Source: a virus. Taken from it: a DNA stretch of 64,000 nt. The notes beneath the pieces were generated by a model that was given only the letters and a program-made list of their open reading frames with translations, was not told where the DNA came from and made no database searches. The DNA is taken from IMG/VR virus record IMGVR_UViG_3300029915_000005. One strand, given 5' to 3'. A program made the position numbers and the translations under genes. This document shows positions 11,655-22,083 of the stretch, one piece after another; position 1 is the stretch's first letter, and every line of letters begins with the position of its first letter.

Positions 11655-13253
11655 ATGGCATATGAAATTTTAAAAACTAATGGAACAGTATTAACATCAA
11701 TCCCAGATGGTCAATTGGTATCTTCTTATGGCGGATTAACTCTAATGGGCCACAAATATCCTGCCATCGGTACTATATTAAATACTGACTTGGTTCATAT
11801 TGTAGAAAATTTTGCAAGCACTACTCCTCCAACAAATCCATTAATTGGTCAATTATGGTATGATAGTGTTTCAAATACTATTAATTTTTGGAATGGTAAC
11901 GAATTTAATTCCATTAGTGTGATTACCAGCGCAGAAACCGCTCCACTAAGTCCAATAGGAGGAGATGAATGGTTTAACACTATAACTAATCAACTTTATA
12001 TTTGGTCTGGAAATCAATGGATTCTTGTCGGCCCACCAGGAGCATCTGGTGGTGGGACTGAAGGTTTGGTAGTTCAATCCATTAATGTAAATGGTAATCA
12101 AATTTATTATATTGAATTATATGCAAATAATCAATTATTAGGTATTATATCAACTGAAGAAATATTACAACCAGGAATTGATGGTTTTGGGAATATTAGA
12201 CCTGGTTTAAATTTTGTAATTTCACCAACTTTAGGATTGGCTTCTGGTGGTATTTTTAACATAAATGAACTAACTATTGGAGATTCTGATCAAATTGATA
12301 TAACTTTAGATTCTAAAGATAATTTGGTTCTTGCTTTAAATGAAAATAATAATGGTGGCAATATTCTGATTGCTGCTACAAATGGAAACACTCCTTCAGA
12401 AATTTCTTCATTAATTGGAACTGTTTATGTTAATAATTTAGTAGCAATTGGAAGTTTATCAGGGAATGTGCCTGGGGCAGACGGCCATATATTATTCAAT
12501 AACCATGGTATAACTGATGCTTTATTAAATTTATATGCTTCAACTGATCGATCCAGTATAAATATTCCAACTATATTAAATGTAAATAATATTAATGCCA
12601 ATAGCGAAATAATTAATGGTCCATTATCTGTTTCTGGTAGTTCAACAACAAATACATTGACTGTTAATCTAACTGCAAATATTTCTACTTTAGATGTTAC
12701 TGGAACTACCACAACATCAACATTAGATGTTACTGGAACCACCACAACATCAACATTAGATGTTACTGGAAATGCTACAATTGTGGGACCAGCATCTTTT
12801 CAACATCCTGTTACATTTAATTATTCATCTGCAAATGCTTTCATTCTTCCGCCATCTGCTGGTATAATTGGGCAAGCAGTTACTTCAAATGGAAACGGAA
12901 CTACTTCTTGGAGTAATATAGCTGGAGCAAAGTCTTTATCTCCATCATCAACTTCATTTACTGGAACTAATACCACTGGATCAGTGGCAGGTTACCAAAT
13001 ATTACCTGGTGGATTAATTTTGCAATGGGGGACTGTTACTGGAAGTGGCGGATTCAGCACGCCAAACGGAAGTTTTAATTATTTAATTGCTTTTCCTAAT
13101 ACAGTACTATCAGTAATTGGATCTATTTTATCAGCAAGTCAAGATGGATTTGTGATGTTTTCTTCTTATTCTTCTTCTGCGGCCAATTTTAAACTTCATT
13201 TTGACGCTGATATATCAGGATGGACTTTCAATTGGTTTGCAGTAGGATTCTAA
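11655..13253 (+). CDS. Tail fibre / receptor-binding protein
   Basis: N-terminal ENFA...PLIGQLWYD motif; TLDVTGTTTTS repeats; C-terminal GYQILPGGLILQWG...FPN...WFAVG fibre-tip domain. Confidence 0.7.
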   Translation: MAYEILKTNGTVLTSIPDGQLVSSYGGLTLMGHKYPAIGTILNTDLVHIVENFASTTPPTNPLIGQLWYDSVSNTINFWNGNEFNSISVITSAETAPLSPIGGDEWFNTITNQLYIWSGNQWILVGPPGASGGGTEGLVVQSINVNGNQIYYIELYANNQLLGIISTEEILQPGIDGFGNIRPGLNFVISPTLGLASGGIFNINELTIGDSDQIDITLDSKDNLVLALNENNNGGNILIAATNGNTPSEISSLIGTVYVNNLVAIGSLSGNVPGADGHILFNNHGITDALLNLYASTDRSSINIPTILNVNNINANSEIINGPLSVSGSSTTNTLTVNLTANISTLDVTGTTTTSTLDVTGTTTTSTLDVTGNATIVGPASFQHPVTFNYSSANAFILPPSAGIIGQAVTSNGNGTTSWSNIAGAKSLSPSSTSFTGTNTTGSVAGYQILPGGLILQWGTVTGSGGFSTPNGSFNYLIAFPNTVLSVIGSILSASQDGFVMFSSYSSSAANFKLHFDADISGWTFNWFAVGF

Positions 13254-13254
13254 A

Positions 13255-13848
13255 ATGAAAATATTTGAAGTAATTGATCCTTTAAATTTCAACTCGATAA
13301 AAGAATTTATAGAAATCAATTGCTCAGATATACTTAAATTTTATAAAGAAACTGGAAATATGCTATATCGAGGCATAAAAAACAATAAACCATATTTAAT
13401 TAACAATCCTGTTAAATATAGAACACCAGTAGATACTCCTGTGAACATTCAATATATAGTAGATGTGAAACTTGAGGCAGCAGGATTTACAGCATTAAGA
13501 TCAAACAGCATTTTTTGTTTTGGAAATTCTTATAATCCCAAATTTTATGGTAGAGTATATATGGTTTTTCCTTTCAATGGTTTTTCATATACTTGGTCTT
13601 TAAAAATTAAAGATTTATATGACGACTATGCTAGTGTATCTATGTTTTCAGGTAAAGCAATTAAAGATATGGAAAATATGTCTCCAAAAGAAGTCGTTGA
13701 TATTTTTGATTTTGTTTCAACAAATTTAAAAACTGCTTGTAATACTCCCAATGAAATACTAATTCATGGAAAATGTTTATTAGTAAACGCTGAATTATAT
13801 GAAAATAAAATAAATAAATTTATCTCTTTTTATTATTATCCCAATTAA
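13255..13848 (+). CDS. ADP-ribosyltransferase-like protein, paralogue 1 (leader MKIFEV)
   Basis: LYRG...GFTALRSNSIFC...YGRVYMVFP...NEILIHG; clearly paralogous to 29514, 30629, 31225, 32021. Fold is inferred from motifs. Confidence 0.5.
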   Translation: MKIFEVIDPLNFNSIKEFIEINCSDILKFYKETGNMLYRGIKNNKPYLINNPVKYRTPVDTPVNIQYIVDVKLEAAGFTALRSNSIFCFGNSYNPKFYGRVYMVFPFNGFSYTWSLKIKDLYDDYASVSMFSGKAIKDMENMSPKEVVDIFDFVSTNLKTACNTPNEILIHGKCLLVNAELYENKINKFISFYYYPN

Positions 13849-13853
13849 TTATC

Positions 13854-13882
13854 TTGACATCTTTATAAAAATAAACTATAAT
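13854..13882 (+). promoter_or_regulatory. sigma70-type promoter TTGACA-N17-TATAAT
   Basis: Perfect consensus; ATG at 13889 follows 6 nt after the -10 box. Confidence 0.8.
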
Positions 13883-13888
13883 TAAAGC

Positions 13889-15196
13889 ATGATTAAATTT
13901 GTATCAGCGTTGTGTGGATCAGGAAAGACAGAATTTGCATTAAATCTGTCAAAAGAACTCATTAAAAAGAAAATGAGAGTTCTTTTCGTTTGTCCATCCC
14001 TCGAATTACAAAATGAAATATCTAAAAGATTAAATAATACACCACATCGTATTATAAATTATAAAAATACGATTGCTGGCCAAGGAGTAGTAGGATCAAT
14101 TGAAAAATATCTGCGACGACCAGCAAAATATGAAATTTTAATTATTACTCATGCTTCATTTAAATCCATTTCTCATTTTCCAAATAAAAAAAATTGGACT
14201 GTATTTATAGACGAAGAGACAGAAATTTTTGATTTTATGTCTTTTAATTCTTGCGATGCAGCAAATTATGGGTATGGCAATGATCTAATTGAAGATATGT
14301 TAAAAATAAGCACATTCTCTTTAAATGAAGGCGGATTTACGTCAATACAACCCAAATCATTATCCAAATCAGATAAAGGTTATTTAAAATCAATTTCATA
14401 TGGCGGGAAAGATAGTACATATGTATATCCTCCATTTCAAAAATTTATTCAGCATTTATTAAATCCAAATATGGCACTATATGGCGATACTACAACAATG
14501 GTTGCTTTTCGTTTTGGAGACACAAATGCAGAAATGTGGGCTGAATTAGATACTAATATTTTTGAGGATTTCGCTGATTTATATTTAATGGGAGCAGAGA
14601 TTCAAAGAAGCAAATTGGCTGCATATTTAAATTTAAAAGGAATTAAAACTGAAAATTTATTAATATCAAAAAGGTTTGAAACTCACGATCAACCTATTAT
14701 AATTAAATGGATGACAACACATTCTCCATGGAGCAAAAATTATTATAATGAACCAAATAAAATTGAATCCACAGTTACTAATTTTGAATTATATGACATG
14801 TTGGTTGGTTTAACCATTGGAGAAGAAGAAATACTAGTGCAAAATAATATTGGAAATCCATTTAAGCATATAAAAAATATGATTCAAATGAATTTTGAGA
14901 TTAAGGGATTAAATAAATATAATAATTATGCTCACTATGCTGAGTCAGGTGCTTACAATGTCCCGCCAGCTTGCAATAAAAAAATGACAGATTTGGGTTT
15001 TGATATGGAAGAATTGCAGTTGCATCATGCATTATCTCACGCATATCAAGGATTTCTTAGGTCGAGTATTAGGAATAATATATTTTTAAATAATATTATG
15101 TTTCTTCCAACTGAGCAAATGGCAATGAATATGAGAAATATATATTTTCCCAATGCTGCTGTCTCACAAATAGAGGGAGCAAAATATTTTTTTTAA
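13889..15196 (+). CDS. SF2-like helicase / possible origin-binding protein
   Basis: Walker A ALCGSGKT, motif Ia FVCPSLEL, IITHA, Walker B FIDEE; adjacent to the long non-coding repeat region. Confidence 0.6.
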   Translation: MIKFVSALCGSGKTEFALNLSKELIKKKMRVLFVCPSLELQNEISKRLNNTPHRIINYKNTIAGQGVVGSIEKYLRRPAKYEILIITHASFKSISHFPNKKNWTVFIDEETEIFDFMSFNSCDAANYGYGNDLIEDMLKISTFSLNEGGFTSIQPKSLSKSDKGYLKSISYGGKDSTYVYPPFQKFIQHLLNPNMALYGDTTTMVAFRFGDTNAEMWAELDTNIFEDFADLYLMGAEIQRSKLAAYLNLKGIKTENLLISKRFETHDQPIIIKWMTTHSPWSKNYYNEPNKIESTVTNFELYDMLVGLTIGEEEILVQNNIGNPFKHIKNMIQMNFEIKGLNKYNNYAHYAESGAYNVPPACNKKMTDLGFDMEELQLHHALSHAYQGFLRSSIRNNIFLNNIMFLPTEQMAMNMRNIYFPNAAVSQIEGAKYFF

Positions 15197-15259
15197 TGTA
15201 TAGCAATTTTGATGTTTAGGTAGTATAAATAGAATTAATATGGAAGATACATGGCAAGT

Positions 15260-15367
15260 AACAATTACTTTTATGGCTTAAATTATGGTGAAGTAAACAA
15301 TTACTTTTATGGCTTAAATTATGGTGAAGTAAACAATTACTTTTATGGCTTAAATTATGGTGAAGTA
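15260..15367. repeat. Three perfect tandem copies of a 36-bp unit (aacaattacttttatggcttaaattatggtgaagta)
   Basis: Units at 15260-15295, 15296-15331, 15332-15367; no spacers. Confidence 0.95.
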
Positions 15368-15899
15368 AACATGGCGAAATAATACAATTTGAGTAATAAA
15401 AGTAATCGACTTTCAAACTATGTCTTTTTAGTTTCGATTTCAGTGGTAAAGAATTACTAGGCGGGTCCAACCTTCAATAGTAGCTATCATGGCTTGAGTA
15501 AAGTGACAGAATAGAGTGGGAAAGAACATAAGATAATCTTCAATAACCCACAAAAATATATAATGTTAATGAGAACTGTTATATATTTTGCGCTGTTAGT
15601 AAAATTATTAATATAAGTCGTAATACAGGCTTTGAGGGATACAGGATAGCCATCCCAAAATTCAAAGAAGATACGCTGGGTTTATACACAAAAAGTGTCC
15701 AGTTTATAATGCAAATAGTATTATAAGACGGTTGTAATATCAGTGATCGTTGTGGAGTTTGAAATATTAAAATTCTCATATAATATATTATTTTGATATA
15801 TTATTTTTCCGCAAAAGACGCCCAATGGCGTTCTTGTCTTTAAATAAATCTAAATTTTTAAAGCGTTTTATTAAAAAATAATCATTATTAAAAAATTAT

Positions 15900-16240
15900 T
15901 GAGTGCGTAAGCACGAAATAATTTTATTTATAATTAGTATTTTTTGTAGGCGAACAGAGCGAAGCGAATGTTCGCTCTACGACAAAATTAAATATATAAA
16001 CTCTAAAAATAAATAGTGTTCTTAAAAAGAAAGAACTGGCCATAATTATATCTCTAATTCAAGAGATTAAATATTTGTTTATATAAATGTTGGTATTATT
16101 TTTCTTGGACTTCGGCTTCGCCCTGTATTGCTTCGCAATACAGACAAAGGCTAAAGGAATTAACTCGTTTTTCCTTGGGCTCGTGTCGCTCCGCTCCACT
16201 GCGCCAGTCAAAACTCGTTTATTGGTTTGCTTCGCCCCAT
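15900..16240. other. Cluster of GC-rich palindromes and GCGAAGC-type mini-hairpins; candidate replication origin
   Basis: GTGCGTAAGCAC 15903-15914; GCGAAGC 15959-15965; GCTTCGC at 16115, 16130 (inside CTGTATTGCTTCGCAATACAG) and 16229; GCTCCGC 16188. Confidence 0.5.
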
Positions 16241-16291
16241 TTCTTTTTTTGAAGAACCAAAGGTTTATTCTTTTTTTGTATAAATACTTAT

Positions 16292-16753
16292 ATGGAAATA
16301 GATATATTAGATACTGGTCATTGGATTGCCCCATGGAAATTTGATGTAAATAAATTTGTTGGATTTCAATATAGAATTACTCAAATCTCTACAAATAGAC
16401 AATATATCGGCAAAAAATTTTTTTATTCTATAACAAGAAAAATAGTCAAAAACAAAAAAAATAGAAAAAAAATAATTAAAGAATCAAATTGGAAAAACTA
16501 TTGCGGGTCGTGTAAGTGGCTTCTATCTGAAATAGAAAAGTGTGGAAAAGAAGATTTTATATTTCAAATAGAATCATTGTGTGAATCTCGATCAAATCTT
16601 GCATGGAGAGAAGTAGAACGATTAGTTAAAGAAAATGTGTTGAGAGAGAAATTACAAGATGGGAGTCCAAAGTACTTTAACGGAATCATTCCGCCAGTAA
16701 AATTTAAAATTTGTGAAGAAACCCAAAATGAAAAGGAATATAAAATTGATTAA
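16292..16753 (+). CDS. GIY-YIG family nuclease
   Basis: GFQYRIT...RQYIGKK...ESNWKNYCGS; TAAATA 5 nt upstream. Confidence 0.7.
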   Translation: MEIDILDTGHWIAPWKFDVNKFVGFQYRITQISTNRQYIGKKFFYSITRKIVKNKKNRKKIIKESNWKNYCGSCKWLLSEIEKCGKEDFIFQIESLCESRSNLAWREVERLVKENVLREKLQDGSPKYFNGIIPPVKFKICEETQNEKEYKID

Positions 16754-16769
16754 AACGAGGTAAATTCTA

Positions 16770-17390
16770 ATGGCTATTTCAAATTCAACCCCACTATTAA
16801 ATAGCCAATTAAAAAGTGCTTATCGAATATTGGCCAAAGAATGCCATCCAGATGTTAATCCAAATGATCCTGAAGCGACTGAAAAATTTCAAAAATTACA
16901 AGAAAAATATAAAGATTGTTTGCAAGCCATTATTCAAAATAAAAAAATATATTGTGTAACAGTTATTATATCTTTACAAGATTCTATTTTGGGTTGTGAC
17001 AGATATTTTTCATCTAATGATGAAAAACGTAGATTCATATTAAAAATTCCACCTGGAATTATCAGCAATGACACTATAAAATATAGAAATATTCAGATGG
17101 AAGAAAATTCTTTAAGTGTTTTGGAAGTTAAAGTTATCGTTGACTTTCCACCAAACTACTTATATAAGAATGGAAAATTATTTAGGTCTCTATCAATTCC
17201 TTTTTGGAAATTGTTTTTCGGTGGAGAAAAAGTTTTTAATGGTCCAGATAATGCGAGAATCAGAGTCGTAATTCCACCCAAAACAAAATCTGGAACATTA
17301 TTCTATATCCCAAATGAAGGATTGCTGGATAAATTAACCAAAAAAAGAGAAATTTTATATATTAGAATTAAATCTTCAATATTTTGTTGA
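16770..17390 (+). CDS. DnaJ/CbpA-like co-chaperone
   Basis: LKSAYRILAKECHPDVN (HPD J-domain motif); C-terminal IPPG / IPPKT...GL DnaJ_C-like segments. Confidence 0.8.
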   Translation: MAISNSTPLLNSQLKSAYRILAKECHPDVNPNDPEATEKFQKLQEKYKDCLQAIIQNKKIYCVTVIISLQDSILGCDRYFSSNDEKRRFILKIPPGIISNDTIKYRNIQMEENSLSVLEVKVIVDFPPNYLYKNGKLFRSLSIPFWKLFFGGEKVFNGPDNARIRVVIPPKTKSGTLFYIPNEGLLDKLTKKREILYIRIKSSIFC

Positions 17391-17461
17391 CAATCACGCT
17401 ATATTTTGTTGACAATCGCGCCAAACAATGATAATATCTAAATATATCGAAAGGACAAAAC

Positions 17462-19714
17462 ATGCCAGAATTTAATAATCAATCATTTTTAATTAAGAAT
17501 ATCATTGATATGAGTTTTCAGTTGGCTATTGGTTTAAATCAAACCACTATCACTTCTGAACATATTTTATATATAGCAATTCAAAATTCTAAAGTAAAAG
17601 AATTTTTTAATAATCAAGGTATTGAAACTCAAAGTTTATTAAATGATATTTTTAATTACATCAAATCTCAATCCCATTTATTGAAAAATCAAATTTTTAA
17701 TGAAAATCCAGACGTTATGACTGGTCAAATTACTGCATCAGTTCAAATGATCATTGTTAATGCTGCAACTGACGCCCGAAAAAATAATCGTGAAATTTCA
17801 CATTATGATATATTTAACAATATTTTGAAAAATACTGAATCATATGCCAGTTATTTTATGACAAAATATGGAATTGATGAGGAAATGATTAAAAAAATGA
17901 ATGATGCTGTTGATATTAATAAATCAGCTTTGGATGAATTTTGTATTAATCTTAACGAAAAAGTAAAAAAGAATTATGATGTTCTTATTGGCAGAGAGAC
18001 AGAATTGTTCAGTATTGCTCATACTTTGGCAAAAAAGAAGAAGAGCAATGTTTTAATGATTGGCGATCCTGGAGTGGGAAAGTCGCAGATTGTGGAAGGT
18101 TTGGCACACAATATTAATATTGGAAAAGTACCCAAAATTCTAAAAGATAAGATTATTTTTAGTTTGGATGTGGGTGGTGTGCTGGCTGGTTGCAGATATC
18201 GCGGAGATTTTGAAGAAAAAATCAAAAATATTATTTCAGAATTAGTTGCAAATCCAAAAGCTATTTTATTTGTAGACGAAGCTCATCAGATGGATGCTGG
18301 TGAAGGAAAGAGTCAATCAGGTGTTGGTTTTTCAGCAATGTTGAAGCCAGAACTTTCTCGCGGAAACATTAAAGTTCTAGCAGCGACTACATGGGAAGGA
18401 TACCGTCAAACATTTGAAAAAGATTCTGCTTTGATGCGCAGATTTAGGGTTCTGAATATCGATGAGCCTTCTCATGAAGAAACTATTTTGATTCTTAATG
18501 GCAATAAACTTTCCATGGAGAAATTTCATCATTGCAAAATTAATCAAGATGCAATTAAAGCAGCCGTTGAATTAACTGGAAGATATCAAACTGATAGAAA
18601 ATTTCCAGATAAAGCAATTGATGTTATTGATAGCGCGTGCGCAAGAACTCAAGTTTTATCATTAAAAAATAAAATTGTTAATAGAGAATCTATAGTTGCT
18701 GAAGTTTCAGAAATCACTGGGATTCATATTAAAGATACTGATACAAAAACTTCAATGGATATTTTGACAATTGGAAGTATATTAAAAAATAAAGTATTTC
18801 ATCAAGATAACGCTATTGATTCTGTATCTGAAGGCTTGATTATTGCTCAATCTGGTCTGCGTGATCCAAATAAACCAATTGGAAGTTATGTATTTACTGG
18901 TCCTTCTGGCGTAGGAAAAACATTTCTCGCCAAGCAAATCGCTGCTCATATGAATATGTCATTACTTAAATATGATATGAGTGAATTTCAAGAAAAGCAT
19001 ACTCTTGCTCGTTTGATTGGAGCACCTCCTGGATATGTAGGGTTTGGTGATGGCGGGACAGGCGAAGGTCAACTTATTAATGATATTATCAAACATCCGA
19101 ATTCAGTAATTTTGTTCGATGAAATGGAAAAAGCACATCCTGATATTTTTACTATTCTTCTCCAATTATTAGATGATGGCAAAATTACAGGAACAACTGG
19201 AAAAGTAGCTGATTGCAGAAATTCAATTGTGGTAATGTGCAGCAATCTTGGCTCTAAAGAAAGTGAAAAATTGAATTTAGGATTCAATACCAATAATAGT
19301 GGAAAGAGTGAAACTTCAAAAGCAGTTGATTCATTTATGTTAACAGAACTTCGTGGAAGAATCACTGGTATTGTTGAATTTAACAAATTGGACGATATTA
19401 GCCTTCGTAGAATAGTTAATGAAAGAATTTTAGATATTGAATCTTTATTAAAGGATAAGAGCATTAAGCTCATCCCCAGTGAAAATTTAATAGATCATAT
19501 TCTTTCACTAAATACTGATAGTCAATATGGTGCTCGAAAGATTGCAAAAATTGTTGATTCAACAATTAAGTATCCTTTAAGCGTAAAATTATTAAATGGC
19601 GATATATCTAATAATTCAAATGTTCATTTGGATTGGTGTAATAATGTTTTAACTGTAAATCATTCTATTTCTACTGTTAAAATAATGAAAAAAGTTGCCC
19701 AACCAACAATTTAG
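17462..19714 (+). CDS. clpA: ClpA-like Hsp100 AAA+ ATPase
   Basis: Two AAA modules (GDPGVGKS/FVDEAH; GPSGVGKT/LFDEMEKAH), RLIGAPPGYVG pore loop, LGF docking loop, no ClpB middle coiled coil; TTGACA at 17409. Confidence 0.9.
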   Translation: MPEFNNQSFLIKNIIDMSFQLAIGLNQTTITSEHILYIAIQNSKVKEFFNNQGIETQSLLNDIFNYIKSQSHLLKNQIFNENPDVMTGQITASVQMIIVNAATDARKNNREISHYDIFNNILKNTESYASYFMTKYGIDEEMIKKMNDAVDINKSALDEFCINLNEKVKKNYDVLIGRETELFSIAHTLAKKKKSNVLMIGDPGVGKSQIVEGLAHNINIGKVPKILKDKIIFSLDVGGVLAGCRYRGDFEEKIKNIISELVANPKAILFVDEAHQMDAGEGKSQSGVGFSAMLKPELSRGNIKVLAATTWEGYRQTFEKDSALMRRFRVLNIDEPSHEETILILNGNKLSMEKFHHCKINQDAIKAAVELTGRYQTDRKFPDKAIDVIDSACARTQVLSLKNKIVNRESIVAEVSEITGIHIKDTDTKTSMDILTIGSILKNKVFHQDNAIDSVSEGLIIAQSGLRDPNKPIGSYVFTGPSGVGKTFLAKQIAAHMNMSLLKYDMSEFQEKHTLARLIGAPPGYVGFGDGGTGEGQLINDIIKHPNSVILFDEMEKAHPDIFTILLQLLDDGKITGTTGKVADCRNSIVVMCSNLGSKESEKLNLGFNTNNSGKSETSKAVDSFMLTELRGRITGIVEFNKLDDISLRRIVNERILDIESLLKDKSIKLIPSENLIDHILSLNTDSQYGARKIAKIVDSTIKYPLSVKLLNGDISNNSNVHLDWCNNVLTVNHSISTVKIMKKVAQPTI

Positions 19715-19722
19715 GAGAATTT

Positions 19723-19893
19723 ATGGCAAGAATACATACGACTAAAATAGTGCTATCTTTGAGTACTATTTTGAAAGATAAAGAATCAGAGCCAGAAGAA
19801 ATGATATCTGTTGGAAAATTGATAACTCTTTTGGAAGCAGTTGAAGCAATAATTGACGATCAAAAAATTATTGTGGAAATGATAGCGGAATAA
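19723..19893 (+). CDS. Hypothetical protein, 56 aa (MARIHTTKIV...), not in the ORF track
   Basis: AGGAG RBS upstream; fills the gap between clpA and the next gene. Confidence 0.6.
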   Translation: MARIHTTKIVLSLSTILKDKESEPEEMISVGKLITLLEAVEAIIDDQKIIVEMIAE

Positions 19894-19895
19894 TT

Positions 19896-20327
19896 ATGAC
19901 GGATTTTGGCAATGTGTTGATTTCAGGGTTGGATTATGATGGGGGTATTGGTACTAATACCACCAAAGTATCTAATTTTATTTCTCATCCAGTAAAAGGT
20001 GCAGGGTTAGTTAATAGATCAAATGGGCAACACACAATTCAAATTATTGCATCTAATCTTACTGCAAATGTTGCAATTGAAGCAACATTAAATAAATATC
20101 CAAATATTGGTCCTTGGATTCCAGTAGAATTGGTTAGTGGGATGGATGGAAGTTCTGTAAGTAATTTAGTATTTGATTACACTCCATTAGTTCCAGGTAT
20201 TCAAGAATCTGGCAAGCCTGTAGTCACAAATAAGTTTTTTACAATTACTGGCCAATATGCGTGGTTAAGAGCTAATGTAAGCAATATGAGTCATGGAATT
20301 ATTCAAAGCATAAAACTTAGTTTTTAG
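19896..20327 (+). CDS. Hypothetical protein
   Basis: 143-aa ORF tightly packed in the operon. Confidence 0.6.
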   Translation: MTDFGNVLISGLDYDGGIGTNTTKVSNFISHPVKGAGLVNRSNGQHTIQIIASNLTANVAIEATLNKYPNIGPWIPVELVSGMDGSSVSNLVFDYTPLVPGIQESGKPVVTNKFFTITGQYAWLRANVSNMSHGIIQSIKLSF

Positions 20328-20336
20328 TTATTTTAC

Positions 20337-20373
20337 AAAAGATAAGTTAAGAAAAATCTTGACTTATCTTTTT
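20337..20373. terminator. Putative rho-independent terminator
   Basis: aaaagataagttaaga-aaaa-tcttgacttatcttttt inverted repeat with T tail. Confidence 0.55.
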
Positions 20374-20393
20374 GTTTGTGTTTAAATAAATGT

Positions 20394-20690
20394 ATGAATG
20401 TTGATATCATACAAAAAATTTCTGAAGCAAAAAATAAATTTAGAATTTTGAAAGATTGGATTATTATTCCCAACGATGAAGGAATATATTCTGGGCAAAT
20501 TTGCATAAATGAAAAGAAAAGAGTGGCAGAATTATTTCTGTGGATTAAAGATGATAATCCACCAGATGATTTTTATATACATGAAATGCTTCATGTTGCT
20601 TTTAAAGCTTTAAAAGCATTACCTAGAAAAAACAAATATGATGCTGAAGAAGAGCTAGTGCAAGATATTTGTAAAATTATATTAACTTGA
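20394..20690 (+). CDS. Small HExxH metallopeptidase-like protein
   Basis: YIHEMLH...EE; start moved to the ATG 5 nt after TAAATA (20383-20388). Confidence 0.5.
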   Translation: MNVDIIQKISEAKNKFRILKDWIIIPNDEGIYSGQICINEKKRVAELFLWIKDDNPPDDFYIHEMLHVAFKALKALPRKNKYDAEEELVQDICKIILT

Positions 20691-20697
20691 GGAAATT

Positions 20698-21243
20698 ATG
20701 AATAAACAAGAAATTGAAGCATATAAAAATGTTAGAGAAATAGCTGTAAAATTAACCACAGGACAGTTAATTCCTAATAATTGGCGTAAAATTCTTACTT
20801 ATGCAGATGAAGTAATGAGTTGTGGAGAATTTACAACAAATGAAGATCATAAACATGTTTATCACTGTGATATAGATTCTCCAATATCAGGTATACCAGT
20901 TTGTAATTGTGGAGAAACATACAAATACTCAGTAAAAGATGAAATAGGATTGATGGAACAATCTTCAACAGAATCAGAATCATTTAATAAGCAATTATCA
21001 AGATTGCTGAATAAATTTAGTTTAGAAAATACCTCCAACACACCTGATTTTATGTTAGCTGAATATTTGATCGATTGCTTAGTAGCGTACAATAAAATAT
21101 CAGTTTGGAACTATAAATGGCATTCAGTTGATGGTGTTCCGAAGAATGAAAGAGATGAAGGGCCATGCTTAGATAGACCATATAGTTCTAAGACAAAATA
21201 TAAAGAAGCACAAGAAATTTGTGATTTCTTAGATAGAAAATAA
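20698..21243 (+). CDS. Hypothetical protein
   Basis: 181-aa ORF with GAGG RBS. Confidence 0.6.
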   Translation: MNKQEIEAYKNVREIAVKLTTGQLIPNNWRKILTYADEVMSCGEFTTNEDHKHVYHCDIDSPISGIPVCNCGETYKYSVKDEIGLMEQSSTESESFNKQLSRLLNKFSLENTSNTPDFMLAEYLIDCLVAYNKISVWNYKWHSVDGVPKNERDEGPCLDRPYSSKTKYKEAQEICDFLDRK

Positions 21244-21707
21244 TGAAAATAATATTTTTAGATATTGATGGTGTTTTGGTTATAACATCTGATTTTAAAG
21301 ATCGTGTTGGCAAATCAATGGTTGCTGACGAAAATTGCATCAAACAATTAAATAAGATAACAGAAGAAACTAAAGCAAAAATAGTTATCACTAGCTCTTG
21401 GAAATATTGTGGTCAACAAGAACTTTCTCTAATAATGAAATATTGGGGAATAACAGGTAAAGTTATTGGTTTGGCACCAGAGTTAAGTTCACATTGGGAA
21501 GAAGGAAAAGAATTTCATGCTGTTGATCGTGGTTTGGAAGTTCAACAATTTTTAGATATTAAAAAAGATGTAAAATCTTTTGTCATTATTGATGATTTTG
21601 ATATAAATCATTTAAAGTGTCATTTGATTAAAACAGAATTTAAAACAGGGCTAACAAAAGAATTGGCGAAAAAAGCAATTGAAATGTTGAAAGGAAACGA
21701 TGAATAA
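21243..21707 (+). CDS. HAD-superfamily protein (RNA-repair-type HAD domain)
   Basis: IFLDIDGVL, IVITSSW, RGLEV, FVIIDD, GLT motifs. Confidence 0.75.
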   Translation: MKIIFLDIDGVLVITSDFKDRVGKSMVADENCIKQLNKITEETKAKIVITSSWKYCGQQELSLIMKYWGITGKVIGLAPELSSHWEEGKEFHAVDRGLEVQQFLDIKKDVKSFVIIDDFDINHLKCHLIKTEFKTGLTKELAKKAIEMLKGNDE

Positions 21708-22080
21708 AGCAAGCGAGATATTTTGGGATGCTTTTGTAGATGGTGGCAGTATCGCCACTGAATGTTCTTGTGGGAGAACTCATTTTTCTTATTCAGAAGA
21801 TAATGATTGGGAAGAAAATGAATTGGAAGAACTTCTGGAAAAGCAGAAAGAATATCCAGATAAATATATTGGAACAGAAGATGATTGTGTGGCAGTCGCC
21901 ATGATTCAAGGAAATCCAGTTTGTTACAATTGCCCTTGTAATATCGCTGCAAAATATGAAAATTTTATTCTCCAACACGAAACAGAAATAATCAAATACT
22001 TTAAAATTAAAGCCTCTAAAGAATGGGCTAAAGCAACAAAATCTCAATCAGAATTGCAAAGTTTAGAATTGTTTAAGTAA
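21700..22080 (+). CDS. Hypothetical Cys-containing protein
   Basis: CSCGRTH and CYNCPC; overlaps the previous stop. Confidence 0.55.
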   Translation: MNKASEIFWDAFVDGGSIATECSCGRTHFSYSEDNDWEENELEELLEKQKEYPDKYIGTEDDCVAVAMIQGNPVCYNCPCNIAAKYENFILQHETEIIKYFKIKASKEWAKATKSQSELQSLELFK

Positions 22081-22083
22081 ATT

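Noticed and set aside
15260-15367. CRISPR array (36-bp repeats)
   Set aside because: Repeats are directly adjacent with no spacers, and no cas genes are present.
16059-16344. Overlapping 85-91 aa ORFs in the candidate origin
   Set aside because: They run across palindromic non-coding-looking sequence on both strands with no recognisable motif.
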